64,000 nucleotides of DNA from Eledone cirrhosa. Its lineage: Eukaryota. The DNA lies in the NCBI GenBank assembly GCA_964016885.1, contig OZ024752.1:2542001-2606000 (forward strand), in the 5' to 3' direction. Below the pieces are notes generated by a model. That model saw only the letters and a program-made list of their open reading frames with translations, was not told where the DNA came from and did no database searches. Of the stretch, positions 41,381 to 54,175 are shown in pieces; the stretch's first letter is position 1; every line of letters starts with the position of its first letter. The position numbers and the translations under genes were made by a program.

Positions 41381-43037
41381 TGTTACATTTATATATATAT
41401 ATATCATTCACGCAGAATAGAGGAAAAAATGTGATGTTTCAGCAAAAGCTCACTCTTCAGTTACTATTTTTTTGCGATTCACTTATATAACATTGTGAGC
41501 TTAACGGCAAAACAATTTCCTCAATTTACTTCAAACCCCAAATCACTGATCTTGAGATGAACCACGCCTTAATTGTACCACGAAGACATTAATTATATTT
41601 CTGAACGCCCTGTAAGACCCTTCTTATATTCATCTGCAATGTTGACGTATTATGAAAGTAAACCTTGGCATTTGTTTGCCAAACTCTATAAATTATCAAA
41701 ACGTACCAGTTAAATAGTATCTCGATATATATTTTTACAATGTATTATTGATAGTGTTGAATGGAATTATATTATAAGGACACAATATTTTATATTCTTT
41801 ATATTTTTGCATTTTTTTTTTCGTTTTGTTTATCAATGACAAATCATACTAGAAACAGAATGTTCTTCCTACTTTGGGAATACTAAGATAAACCTTCAGT
41901 TATGTGTCCGTTTGTCAGTCGTGTTACTGTCGTGACTATGACTACTGCCATGATATATGAGCGAATCCTACGAGACCATTTTGTAAACGAAAACGTCCTG
42001 AACTCTACACCCAACACAACTTTTAACTAGACAGCATATAACATATCGAGAGCCAGAAGGTTATATTAAGAGCTTCCTTTATTGTATTCTTTGTTCCGCC
42101 TGACAACAGCTGGTAGTAGTTAAATATTTAATGTTCACACATCTGCGGGTTTGATATTCCCTTTAAGTTATGTCTGTTGCTGTTATTGTTGTAGTTGTTG
42201 GTGCTGGTGCTAGTAGTCACCGAGCTAAGTGTATTCATGATATTGTTACAGACGTCATTGTTGTAATATTGACGTCGACACCGTAGCTTCTTTATAGCAT
42301 TGTGTGTAAGTAATGTAGCCGTAACATTTTCATGATCAGAATTTTAGATATAGTTTCCGTTTATATATTAAACCATAAATCATATCTTGTTTTGTCAGGT
42401 GTACTGGCGCATATATCAAACATATTTTTAAATAGGAGAAATATAGTTGGGGTGTTGTGAGGTACATATGTTTCCTTGAAATGTAAGAAGCCATTGGTAA
42501 AAGAAATTAATATCGACGTGAATAACAAAACAATTTAAAAGAAAACGTTGGATGACTCCTTTGCTTGGTTTCTTTGCCATTTAGAAATATCAGACAAACT
42601 TCTTGGTATGTAGTCTAAAACAAAAAATAAACTGGTTAATTCGGCAACAACATACCAATAAACAACAATATTTTAATGACCGCAACTCTACAAATGATGT
42701 GCATTTATTGTGTATCGTTGGGAACGTTTCAAACGACTTCAGGCTAATCTTCGTTGCTTTAGAGGGAGGCCGCTTGAAAGAGCATATTCTAGCCTAAGAA
42801 AACATTACGCTTGCTGAGTCGTGTTGATATATAAACTTATAGGAGGTAATTTCCTGACTTTATTTCCGGTAATACGATTGCTTAAATATATAACGTTTTT
42901 AAGTTGCGAAAGTGTATTACAAATAATTATTTTAATTTGACAAAACAGAAAATGGATAAAAAGTAAGAAAAAAAGAGATACTGTGAACCATATGCCTTTG
43001 ACAATAATGTCAACAAGTGATAAATACAACTCTTGAC

Positions 43038-43090
43038 TAGGTGCCCCAGCATGGCCTCAGCCGGATGGCTGGGACAGATAAAAGAGTAGA
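43038..43090 (+). mobile_element. 3' tail fragment of a second octopus-type SINE
   Basis: GGTGCCCCAGCATGGCCTCAG..GGCTGGGACAGATAAAAGA resembles a known octopus SINE tail (recognition from memory). Confidence 0.5.
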
Positions 43091-46000
43091 GGGTACCACC
43101 AGAAATGTCATAGAAATGAACGAGAATGTTCGCTCTTTACAGCATTGTGTTTGCCTGCCATGAAAACCAACAGACCTGCAGAAAATATGACCAAATGACA
43201 ATATATACCACATAGAATTATTCTTTGCATATTGACTCTTAAAGTCATAAAGACATCTGGTTATTCAGAAAAAAATATGTCATACTGACATATTTCCGTA
43301 TTTTATGTCTATATTTTCCAGAGCTAATAAAATCATAAATGTATAAACATAAACTTGGCCTAAATTATTTGAAATTATGTATGGTTAACAATTAAACAAA
43401 AATCAATATTCTATATAGGATGCAGCTGAGACAAAACTTTGCTTTGTAATCTTTCAGACAACTAACTATACACGTTATCATAATAATAAATATTTTTATA
43501 GGAGAAATTTATATTTGTTAATACATTTGAGACTAATTTAAGGTGCCAAAAATATTAATGAAATTTTCCATCGATAAAACGAATACTTAATGTAAATTTT
43601 CAATAGGCATTGAAACAAGAAAGTACAGTTACCATGCTATTTTCAAATACTTGAAAATATGCGTTTATTGCTGTTGATATTTATGTTGAGTATACGTAAG
43701 TTAAGAGATGTAAACAAAAAAAGAAAGAAACGTGGCTTTACTATGAATTATATTATAAAAGTTTATATATTTGCTAAAGAAATGTTATCAACTTTACATA
43801 ATATTACTACTTACATTTCCACGGACATATAGTTCGCATCAAGGATTGAATTCTGTTATTCTCAACTCGTCAACTAATTTCAGCGGGAGAAAGTTAAAGA
43901 TATGTCGAGGAACCGTTCCTGATAATCCCCATTAACAGCATAATAAGTACTCTAATAATAGAATTGACATTCGCTACATCTCGTAGTGTAGTATGGTATA
44001 TATAGGTCTTTGAAATACAGTAGAGAATATCATATTCCTTTCTAGTGCCAGAACATTCACACAAGCCCATATTGTCGACCTAACATCGTCATGATGTTGA
44101 TAAATGCAGCCGTTCATAACAACCGACTCAAACACTATTTACATATTTAATGATAATGGATGCGTCTTTAGAAAAGTCGAATCTATTAACACCTAACAAT
44201 GTATTTTGTACCGGAGAAGTTAGCTGAATGTTTTGCTGTTGAAATAGACTTCAATAAACTTTCATACGTGCCTGGCACCTAGACATGTTCTTGAAATTGA
44301 TAGAACCTGGGAGTCATCTATCACTCAGAATGTAGATGACTGGCCTCTTGCCAGGTAGCACTCGATATGCTAGCGGTTATATCTGCGACAAATAAGCTAT
44401 ATTCTCTGGTGATTCCATGATTCAGTATAGTTAGCAAAACAATTCTTCCTTTACATACAAAACTGATATATACATATCGTCCTTTCAACGTTGACAACTC
44501 CGATATTGATGATGCTATTCCCCACTTTTCTTAACATTACGCCCCTTCATAGTATAACCTAGGAAAAACACAGGAAATGTCTACTGACATAATAAACCTC
44601 TCTTGCAGTCTGAAGTGTAAAATACTCAACTAGAGAGCAGTTAGATGCACCGCTTCCAGAAGAAACGAAATGGAGGGAGAATCAGCCTATATAATTGGAG
44701 ACTCCATACAAAACTAAAGATTCTTTCACTTACATCAACAAGAAAACATTAAACAAACATAGTGTATATCAAAGGAAGTTTCTAACATATTCTCGTCATT
44801 AAATAGGTGCTGTAAACATATGGAGCTCTTGCTATCACTTCAAACACAATTTCTCGGTATCATTCTATGCTTTTAAAGTCAACTGATCGTAACAACACAG
44901 TACATGACTACTCCGCAAGGATGTATGACCTTTAATTATCAATTCCAATACTCACCCTGTGGTACAACCGCAAAGGCGTTAATACATCCTCATCTAGTAA
45001 TGTACTGCTGCTTCATAAACGAGTAGCAACCTCCCACAGAAGGTGACCAGTGACTGTTTGACATAAATCATTCTCAACCTCGCACAAAAAGCCACCGTAC
45101 CTTTGTATTTTATTTCTCTTTCTCTTTATATTTCAATCTTTCTCTCTAAAATGTCTCTTCTCACTGTATTCTTTTCCTAATTCAAGAATGGTATTTGACC
45201 ATCAGATTAACAATGGCGAGTCCAGTCACCTAAACGACGACATTTCATTCTTTCTTTCGCGAAACGACGGATTCTGGATTCCTTCTTTTGGCACATATTT
45301 GTCTTCAAATTTACTTTGTTTTCAGATCTGTCTCTCTCTATATATGTTCTGTTCGTTTTATCTCACATACATAATGCAGGAATATTTACGTTTTTGTGTT
45401 GCACAAGTCGGCAATTTTAAATGGTTCTCTCAGTGAAATCGTGAAAAACAATTTGTGATGGTATGAGAGCTGGAGAGTGAGATGTGTGTGCGAAATTTGC
45501 TCTCCCATTTCCTTATTTTATTTATTTATTACTGTAATGTCTACCTGCCAACACACTACTTTTTATATCCCTCCTTTCTCTATCATTTCTATATTTCATC
45601 TCCCTGTCACCCGCCTCACAGTTTTTCTTTCTAACGACCACTAGCAAGTGAACTCTGTCATCTGAGGTATATTTACACGACGCTTTTATTGATGACATTT
45701 GGCTGTTTCACCAGCTATTCTTGCGTTCAACTTTGTCATTCAAAACGTTTCGTCTCGAACCGAGGCAATATTTAAAAAAAAATAGTTTTAAATAAACGTT
45801 AATGGAAGGTTATGGCAAATCTATGAGTACATCACTTTTCCTCAGAATAAATTACTTTAAAGAAAATTGAATCCTGTGGCTATGTGAAAGCCATAGTGTA
45901 AAGTAAATAGTACGTCAATACTTAAGCCTGATAATATAAAATAAACATGTGTCGTCTACGTAAGAGTAACAAATATAATGTTTATTTTCATCTAAACTAA

Positions 46001-46742
46001 ACTAGTTCTTAACTTGAGAGTTAGACTTTTATGAGAATGCATTCATACTCAGTTCATGAGAAGTTAGATATAGGTTTCAAAATAAAAGTATTAGGAGCAC
46101 TTAATCCTAGTTGTGCATTTCCTATTACACTTGTTCTTGGTAGTTTAATGTGAACATGATATGCAACAACCATATCCCTCCCAATAATCATATTACATAC
46201 CTTGATTCGATTAACTTAATGTATATACTAAAGTAAAATTCCTATCATGAATTTCATTTAGTTTTATTTTTACAAACATTTAAAAACATTTTGAAAAATT
46301 AAAAAATATAGCCTAGGTTCCTTGGATGCCATTTATCTCACTCGGTAGCTTGACAGCACTTACTCTTTGTGCAAATCAATATGAAGAAAGCCTTCAAATA
46401 TGCCATATTTAGTATTAAGATGAGGAAGAAGCAAGTTCAACCTACCAGAATATTCATTATCAGATCTAATGTCACTTTTGTGGAAACTAAGACTTTATAT
46501 CAAATACGGGACATAAAGCGGATGATTGAAATCCGACGTCATGGTATGACAAAACTACTTCAACATTTTACAATCTAAGTTAACGATCTTTATTCTCCAC
46601 AGATGTAAACGAGGCAAAATACCCGGATCTTAGATGCTTATCAGGCAGACACATTCAAAGCATATTTTTAAGTGTTCCTAAATCTCTCTATCCAAAATAA
46701 AGGACTGACTCTAACAATACCAATAACAACAACGACAACAAC

Positions 46743-46830
<88 letters not shown>
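46743..46830. repeat. (AAT)n microsatellite
   Basis: direct reading. Confidence 0.98.
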
Positions 46831-46833
<3 letters not shown>

Positions 46834-47218
46834 TTGAAGAAAAATCTGTCAGTCATAAACAAAAATTCTTAGTTTCATTTGATACAGAGAGAGATGATGT
46901 AGAGAGCATTGATGCCAGATAAGGCCAGAAAACGAGAAAAAAAAACATTCTTAGTGAATTATGAATACCGAAATTTGAATTATGTCAAATCAAGTTGAAA
47001 TTCACTTGACCTAGACTAGGTTAAATGAATATATTACACTGATATATAATAAAAGATATAATAAATTTTGGAGCACACAATCACATTTACAGATAATTTC
47101 ATTTTTTTTGTTTATGATTTTATGAATAACCCTGTATTGCTCTACGGTTCTTATATATTTGATATATATTTTCCTTATCGAGCCCTCTTTGGATTTTAGT
47201 CTTCAATTTTATTATTAT

Positions 47219-47335
<117 letters not shown>

Positions 47336-47345
47336 CACACATAAT

Positions 47346-47399
<54 letters not shown>

Positions 47400-47409
47400 C
47401 ACACATATT

Positions 47410-47461
<52 letters not shown>

Positions 47462-47670
47462 CACACATATTTATATATATATATATACATATATATATGT
47501 GTATGTATGTGGGTCGGTGTATGTGTGTAAGTGTGTGTCTGTGAGCGTTAGTGTGTGTGTGATTATCCATGGTATCTAGAAATGTTAGGTTTATACCGGG
47601 TTCAATAAGGGTTACCTCAGTATGTAAGGTACTCAATACATATTAGAGTATAATTATTTAATATAGAAAT

Positions 47671-47721
47671 GGCTTCTACAGGACTAGGACAGTTTCATTC
47701 GGGATAAATCATCAGGAAGCC
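47671..47721 (-). ncRNA. type I hammerhead, family 4
   Basis: GGCUUC-CUGAUGA-uuuaucccgaau-GAAA-C..G-UA/GAAGCC; 6-bp helix I, weak helix II. Confidence 0.65.
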
Positions 47722-47797
47722 CTGGCTATTTGATCTTTCACCCGTATGTAACAGTTGTAGTCCCCCATAAGCCAATTCTATCTTAAATAAATATACA

Positions 47798-47867
<70 letters not shown>

Positions 47868-47874
<7 letters not shown>

Positions 47875-48106
47875 GTGAGGTTTTTTTTACAAAATGAAAA
47901 ATAACCGAGGTGTCCTACACGAGTGAAAGTATAAAGAAAAGGAGATGAAATCGAAAATGCAACTGGAGTCTTATTTTTTTTTTTAAATATATATATTTAT
48001 TTGGTTCCTTTACCGGTTTCGCAGTTCTTCTGCTTTTCAAAAGGTGAGTTGAGATGGAGGGTCTGTGGTTTTTCTCACATCAGATGTGAGAAAAACCACA
48101 GACCCT
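47868..48106 (-). mobile_element. family A HHR element with short fold-back
   Basis: near identical to 22747-22970; HHR 48008-48043 (-); folds at ~48082 with a ~24 bp right arm. Confidence 0.85.
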
Positions 48107-48148
48107 AATTTCACGGGGAAAAATTTGCCACCATTTTTTTTCCTTTTA

Positions 48149-48234
<86 letters not shown>

Positions 48235-48449
48235 TATAATATATATATAATATATGTATATATGCGTATCAATGTGTATGAATGTGAATATGTATATGTA
48301 TGTATATCCGTATGTATGAATTGTTCGAGTTGTTCTGGAGTGATTCTTCTAACGGTTTAATTTCCGGAAGTGAGTTTAAGGTCTATATTAAGGGGAGATA
48401 ATTAGCGATTAAGTTGTACATGATAGAAAAAAATTGAAAAAAATGTATA

Positions 48450-48850
48450 TATGTTTACAGCTCCAATTGGTTAAATTCCATGTGCTAATATATCTTATAT
48501 TATGTTACAAGTGAATCCCTTTTAAATAACGCTATTTATTTATATTTAATTTTAAATACAATCTATTTTCCTATAATATATTAAAGGTCTAATTATACTG
48601 TTATCTATCCATTTTTGAATAAAATATAAATAAGCTATAGGAAAATTGTATAGTTGTTTACAGGTCCAATAATTAAATCTCTTGTTTTATTAATATACCT
48701 TATATTATGTAATTAGTGAATCACTTATATATAATGCTATTAATTTATACATTTAATTATAAATACAATTTATTTTCCTTTAATACATAAAGGTCTTATT
48801 ATATTATTACCTATACATTACTGAATAAAATATAAGAAAGCTATAGTAGT
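48450..48850. repeat. diverged tandem duplication, ~203 bp period
   Basis: TGTTTACAG.TCCAAT..CTTATATTATGT..AAATACAAT.TATTTTCCT..AAGGTCT..GAATAAAATATAA..AAGCTATAG twice. Confidence 0.8.
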
Positions 48851-49117
48851 TATATTAAATAGTGGTATATGTATGTTTATTCCTAATAGTTATTGTAGAG
48901 TGCAAGGTTTGAGATAAATAGGAGGTAAGTAGAGGAATGAGCTGATCATAGAGTGTGGTGTTGTGAACGTAATTATATTCTGAGAAGACCTGGAGGTGAA
49001 GTGTTAATAGTGGTGAGGAATCCAGATGTGACATTGTTGATGATAACATTAATATCCATGTATACTAATGATTGTTCAGTTGAATAGGAAGTTAATTATA
49101 TGTCCAAAATGTGCTAG

Positions 49118-49164
49118 TGGTCAGATGAATCCAAACGAAAGTTTGGAAGAAACGATTGTCAGCA
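49118..49164 (+). ncRNA. hammerhead-like motif with U4A core
   Basis: UGGU-CAGAUGA-a-UCCAAAC(GAAA)GUUUGGA-a-GAAA-CGAUUG-UC/AGCA; (TA)n 110 bp downstream. Confidence 0.6.
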
Positions 49165-49271
49165 ATTATATGTTTTGAACATAGTTTTGATTATTGTGTA
49201 ATTTATATATGAGAAATAAAAAAGGGAAAACAATATATTTTTCTTCCTCATAATCGTCTCTTTCTCCCTGT

Positions 49272-49307
<36 letters not shown>

Positions 49308-49314
49308 ATATATG

Positions 49315-50300
49315 ACCCCGACAGCAGCGCTCAAGCCGTTTCGACGGCTTTTTGTGGACTGAATTAGAATGTTTAGCATGGTACATAAATAGCCGAACTT
49401 TTCAAGGGGTAATTCCTTATATGGGAAGATTGTAGTTTTCAAGAGGATTAGTCAACATTTTTTGTAAAAACAATTAAGTCTATCATGGTAGTGGGTGGGA
49501 TGTAGGGGTGGCTGAACTTGCCTGTAGAACAATGAGGGAGTAGGTGGAACCGGTCAAGCGTTGAAAGTGAAGTCTATACAGCAAATTCTAAGGATTGTGT
49601 ATGAAACTAGGCCAGAGGTAGTAGGTGAAAAAAGGATTCTGGAGAAAATAGAGACGGAACGTGATAGAACAGGTAAATCAGTTGAGATTTAATAAATAAG
49701 AGAAAAATATATGTAAATATAAAATTGGATAGTAAGAAGTGATAATAAAACAGTAGAGTCTAAAGACGCTGCTATATTTAGTTGATGTTGCGTTTTCGGG
49801 CAATGCTATAGAATAAATTAATAAGATGAGAATAGAAGACACTAAACATTTTTGAAATTATAGAATTGGGTAGTAAGAAGTAATACAAAAGCTCTGTGGT
49901 CTAAAACAGCTGCTATAATTAATTTGTATTGCGTTTACGGCCAATGCTATCTTCAATTTACTGGGGTAGGGGTACTGAGGCTACAAAGGCCCGATGGGCT
50001 GCCTCTGGGTAGGCGAATGGGGGAAAAAGGAAGAGGAAGAAGATAGAGAGTGGAAGGAAGTGATAGGAGGAGACACAGGAACGAATAAAACAGAAAGGAA
50101 AAGAAAAGGTGGTGCATCTACCTATGTAAGCTAGGGTTTCCCCTATCATATTCGGCAAGTGGGATGTTGCAGCCATTGTCTACCCACCCGGGTCATTAGG
50201 AGGTTTGAGGGCGAGGTAAGTCCTACGCAATCGGTGTTTGTATGCAGTTACCAGTTCATCTGTTTTGTTAAGGAGATGGTCCTTCGTAAACAGTATTTGT
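49315..50300 (-). mobile_element. Penelope-like element 3' end: endonuclease C-terminus, 3' UTR and U3-A8 hammerhead (family 5)
   Basis: minus frame ILFTKDHLLNKTDELVTAYKHR..* (LNKRSEL..CRH-like) ending 50180; HHR 49315-49410 ACCCC-UUGAAAA-..CGGCUA..AGCCG-uc-GAAA-CGGC..GCUG-UC/GGGGU; then (TA)n. Confidence 0.72.
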
Positions 50301-50378
50301 AATGTTTCCTCCGTTAACAACATAGATAGCAATAATAATAGCCTTACCTTGGGAACTAGAAGTGACTGCGACCGAAAT

Positions 50379-50775
50379 TGCAACTGACGTGACAGGGACA
50401 CTGATCCCTTATGGGAAACTGCCTGCCTGATAGGGTTATTTATAAGTACCACCGTAACTAGCCAAAATAGCGCTAAACATTATATAGGGGCTAGCTCTGG
50501 CCCGTTCAAAAATAGATTTCGAACACATCTCCACTCTTTCGCAAACAAGAAACTAAGACACTCCACTTCGCTCGCGAATTACATCACAGCATTAAAAGAC
50601 TCAAACATCAGCTTCTCCACACACTGGGAAATTGTTGGCAGGGCAGCGCCGTACAATTTCAAGAGGAAATGCGAGCTTTTCCTCATGGAGCTTTACTATA
50701 TCACAACGGCACCCCACGAATCATCAAAAGTAGAGCAGAAACGACGATAATATGTACGCACCGCTTAAAAAGGAA
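50379..50775 (+). pseudogene. Penelope-like (Naiad-type) GIY-YIG endonuclease remnant
   Basis: CN*RDRDT/*SLMGNCLPDRVIYK/TVTSQNSAKHYIGASSGPFKNRFRTHLHSFANKKLRHSTSLANYITALKDSNISFSTHWEIVGRAAPYNFKRKCELFLMELYYI../IIKSRAETTIICTHRLK; YIG at 50481-50489. Confidence 0.9.
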
Positions 50776-51146
50776 TGAGGCGTGAGAACCGTAAACCGAG
50801 TCACCCTGCACCAAACCTTAACACTCCGGCGAGCAGGTGCTGCAAAACACATCCTGAAACTAACCATGTATCCCAGACACGGCATGAATCGACACCGGAG
50901 GGCGGGCGTAGCAAACACACATCTGGAAACTAACTTTGCATCCCTAACCCTGCGTGAATCGACAAATGTAGAGCAGTAATAACGGATAAAAGTAGCCTGG
51001 GGAACATTGCTCTAACACCGGCTAGAGTAATCTCCCTTAGCCTACTACAAAATTAATACATCTTTTTACGAAGAATGGACTGTGATGTGAACATTATCTC
51101 TAAAACCCATTAAGGGTCATGTAAGGAACGCTTTTTAATTATTTAT

Positions 51147-51182
51147 GCCCTTGAGAAGCCTAGTCGAAACGTACGTAGGTGC
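51147..51182 (+). ncRNA. minimal hammerhead (U3-A8) in the 3' UTR of the GIY-YIG element
   Basis: GCCC-UUGAGAA-G(ccuagu)C-GAAA-CGUACG-UA/GGUGC, then AAUAAA and (TA)n. Confidence 0.65.
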
Positions 51183-51230
51183 TATTTTAAATAAACATGT
51201 TTTAACGGTTTGTTCTCATTTATATATTTC

Positions 51231-51299
<69 letters not shown>

Positions 51300-51964
51300 T
51301 TTTGGACCCCCACTTGTTGACCCGTCACTTTAAGATATACTCGGTTGATTACTACTACCTCTTAAAAGGGTCTCATTATAATTCCGTCCCACCTGGTAAA
51401 CTTTTCTATAGTCTAGCAGTACCAGTGAGAGACTTGATGGCTGTCGTTAGGGAATAGTAACCAGAAATTGTTTTTTTTCATATTTAATTGTTTTTTTAAC
51501 ATTCTCGGTTTTCTTCTATATATTTACCCCATATTGTTTTACTTATTGTTTCGACTCCCTACGCCTCCCCCTCCCTAGTATACTTCCTTGACCTCCTGCC
51601 CTGCTGTAGTTGGTACTATCAAAGCACGACTGGGTTTCCTCCACCCCCTCTCCCTCTTTCTCTACTGGCAGGTTCAGGTACCCCTTCCTTCAACAAATTG
51701 TCATGATAGAATTATTTGTCTCAACAACAAACTTTGGACCAATCCTTGTGACAATCACTTTTACCATATATGGAATTACCCCCTGATAAGCTCGGCTATT
51801 CATATACCAGGATAACAATTTTCATGTAGTCCAGAATTAGCCGTCGAAACGGCTTGAGCTCAGCCGTCGGGGTCCTACTCGTTCCTATTACCCACTCTAC
51901 TATACTAAGTATTGAGTACTTTGGTGCGTTGTGGTCCACCTGGTTCCTTACCACACTTCCTTCG

Positions 51965-51965
<1 letters not shown>
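51300..51965 (+). mobile_element. family 5 pLTR with hammerhead between (TA)n tracts
   Basis: 51778-51873 ACCCC-CUGAUAA-..CGGCUA..UAGCCG-uc-GAAA-CGGCU(ugagcuc)AGCCG-UC/GGGGU; 51700-51780 homologous to reverse complement of 49410-49490. Confidence 0.78.
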
Positions 51966-52001
<36 letters not shown>

Positions 52002-52319
52002 TGTGTGTGTGTGTGTGTGTGTGTGTGTACGTATATGTATGAATGTATGAGTATGTGTATACATGTATGTATGTATGTTCTTCTGGTTTTGTTATTTTAT
52101 ACATTTTCACCAATAGTGATAGAGCCATTATCTATATATAGAATTTAGACAGCATCAAATGGATAAATATATATGAATGTCCGCGAATGGTTTGTGTGTG
52201 TATGTTTGTGCAATTATGGATATTTTTGTATGTGTGGATCTGCATGGTTTTGATTATATGTATCAATGCAGAATGTGTCTGTATCTATATATATGTATAT
52301 GCACTTATTACATCATAAC

Positions 52320-52630
52320 ATCTGAAGTATTTTGTAGATGTTCACATTTCCATTAATGGAATGTAATTTCAATTTCCTAACAGGCTGTGCACTCTCTGGT
52401 TTTGTGAAGCCCTTCTTTTCATGGTTTGTACTGAGGCAGTTAGTAACGTATTCATGAAACCCAATGATTACAGGTACAAATCTGAAGTATAGTATCTGCA
52501 GATTCCTCATGAGTTAAGCATGAATGTTCATTTCACTGATATTTAGCATTATGTTGACAACTGCTTGGCAGCTTGTCTTTCAGTGCATTCCATGCCTTCC
52601 TTTCTCTGTTGCTTAATACTATATCTGCTT
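52320..52630 (-). pseudogene. possible Chapaev-like DNA transposase remnant
   Basis: LSNRERKAWNALK..LMRNLQIL loosely resembles the L.xxExxAWxxFK..LLxNLQxLG signature; heavily degraded. Confidence 0.25.
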
Positions 52631-53262
52631 TGTTGTGTTTGTGTATGTATGTATAAATGTATATATATAAGTATACGTATGTTTATGTCCTTTATGTATG
52701 CATGAGTGTAGTTATGTATTTGTGTATGGAAGGCTAGCAGGATTGACGGATGAATGAATATCTGGTTATCTATGACTTTAGGCAAGTGTTCTTCTTTGTG
52801 TGTGATAATACTTGCATCTACCATCGATACATTACATTTGTAAGAATATGTGTAAGCATTTCCTCGTCCTCTTTTTCATTTGAAAAGATTGAGTGTCATA
52901 TATCACGATCTGCCTCTTTCAAATAAAAATACTAAATGTCGGTAAAATATTGTTCTAATACTTGATGCTTCCTTTGCTTGACACGAAGAGAGGTGAAATT
53001 AAAATAAACGCTTTGTAATTCTAACAGTTTTCTCTTTAAGGCAATATTTTGTCTTAATGAACGTCATTCTCAAATCATTTAATTTCCGACTACTCCTCAT
53101 TAAAATGGCCTCGAAATTTGTTTTAATTCCTCTCTTTGGACGATTACGCTAAAGGCAATGCCTGAAACAAAACTGTCTTTCACATGAAGCCAAAAACATT
53201 TAATTATTTTTATGATTACCAATGTTGAAAGTGAAGAAGTTAAACAGCTTATATATTATGAG

Positions 53263-53370
<108 letters not shown>

Positions 53371-53988
53371 GCTACTAATATTATTACAACTAACGTCACT
53401 AATACTACTACTACTACTAATAATAATAACAATAATAATATTTGTGATGATACTGATAATTATCACGATGATGATGTTGATGAAAATGCTAATGATCACG
53501 AACATGGTGATAATGTTATGATGATGATGGTTCAGCTAATATATTTGCTGTTAATTTTAGTTCAATTCCTGCATTGATAATCTTAATTCTAATTTTAATT
53601 AAAATGTTCTTTCATTTATATATAAATGTCACTTATTTATCATAGAAAGATCTAGGAAAAATATTAAACTTTTTATACGTTAAGTGCAAATATTTCAAGC
53701 GACTTCCAAGATTGGTGTATATTCTAGTTTCATAACAAGAGCAATGGTTTTATTGCACTTCCAATCATAGTACTGCATATCTAATAATCATAATGCCATT
53801 TCACAGATTTGGGAAACAATTCAATCAGAGGTCAATGAATATATTTAGCAAAGTTAGAATCATAATTGTAGATTGTCACGAAAATATAAATACCACGGAG
53901 GATGAAGAAAGGTGTTATTTTATGTTTGAATTTCCCAAACCCGTCAGTATATACGTAAGTACAATGGCTATTATTATTTGTAGTTTTT

Positions 53989-54175
53989 AGTGGTGGATTG
54001 GCAGTATCGGTAGAGTGTCTGACGCCATGCTTTGCAGTAAAGAGTTACGGCCCTTTATGGTCTGAGTTCAAATCCTGTCGAGGTTAACTCTGCCTTTCAT
54101 CCTTTTGGGTTGGATGAAATAAAGTACCAGTAACACGCTGGGATAGTTGCTGGCCTTGTGCCAAAAATACAAACA
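53989..54175 (+). mobile_element. full-length tRNA-derived SINE with TSD
   Basis: A box TGGCAGTATCGG, B box GAGTTCAAATCC; 18-bp direct repeat ATTATTATTTGTAGTTTT at 53970-53987 and 54176-54193. Confidence 0.88.

Noticed and set aside
44700-45100. Possible LINE remnant (DSFTYINKK)
   Set aside because: Too degraded to support any call
53989-54075. tRNA-like A and B boxes
   Set aside because: They are SINE heads with SINE core, tail and TSD, not tRNA genes
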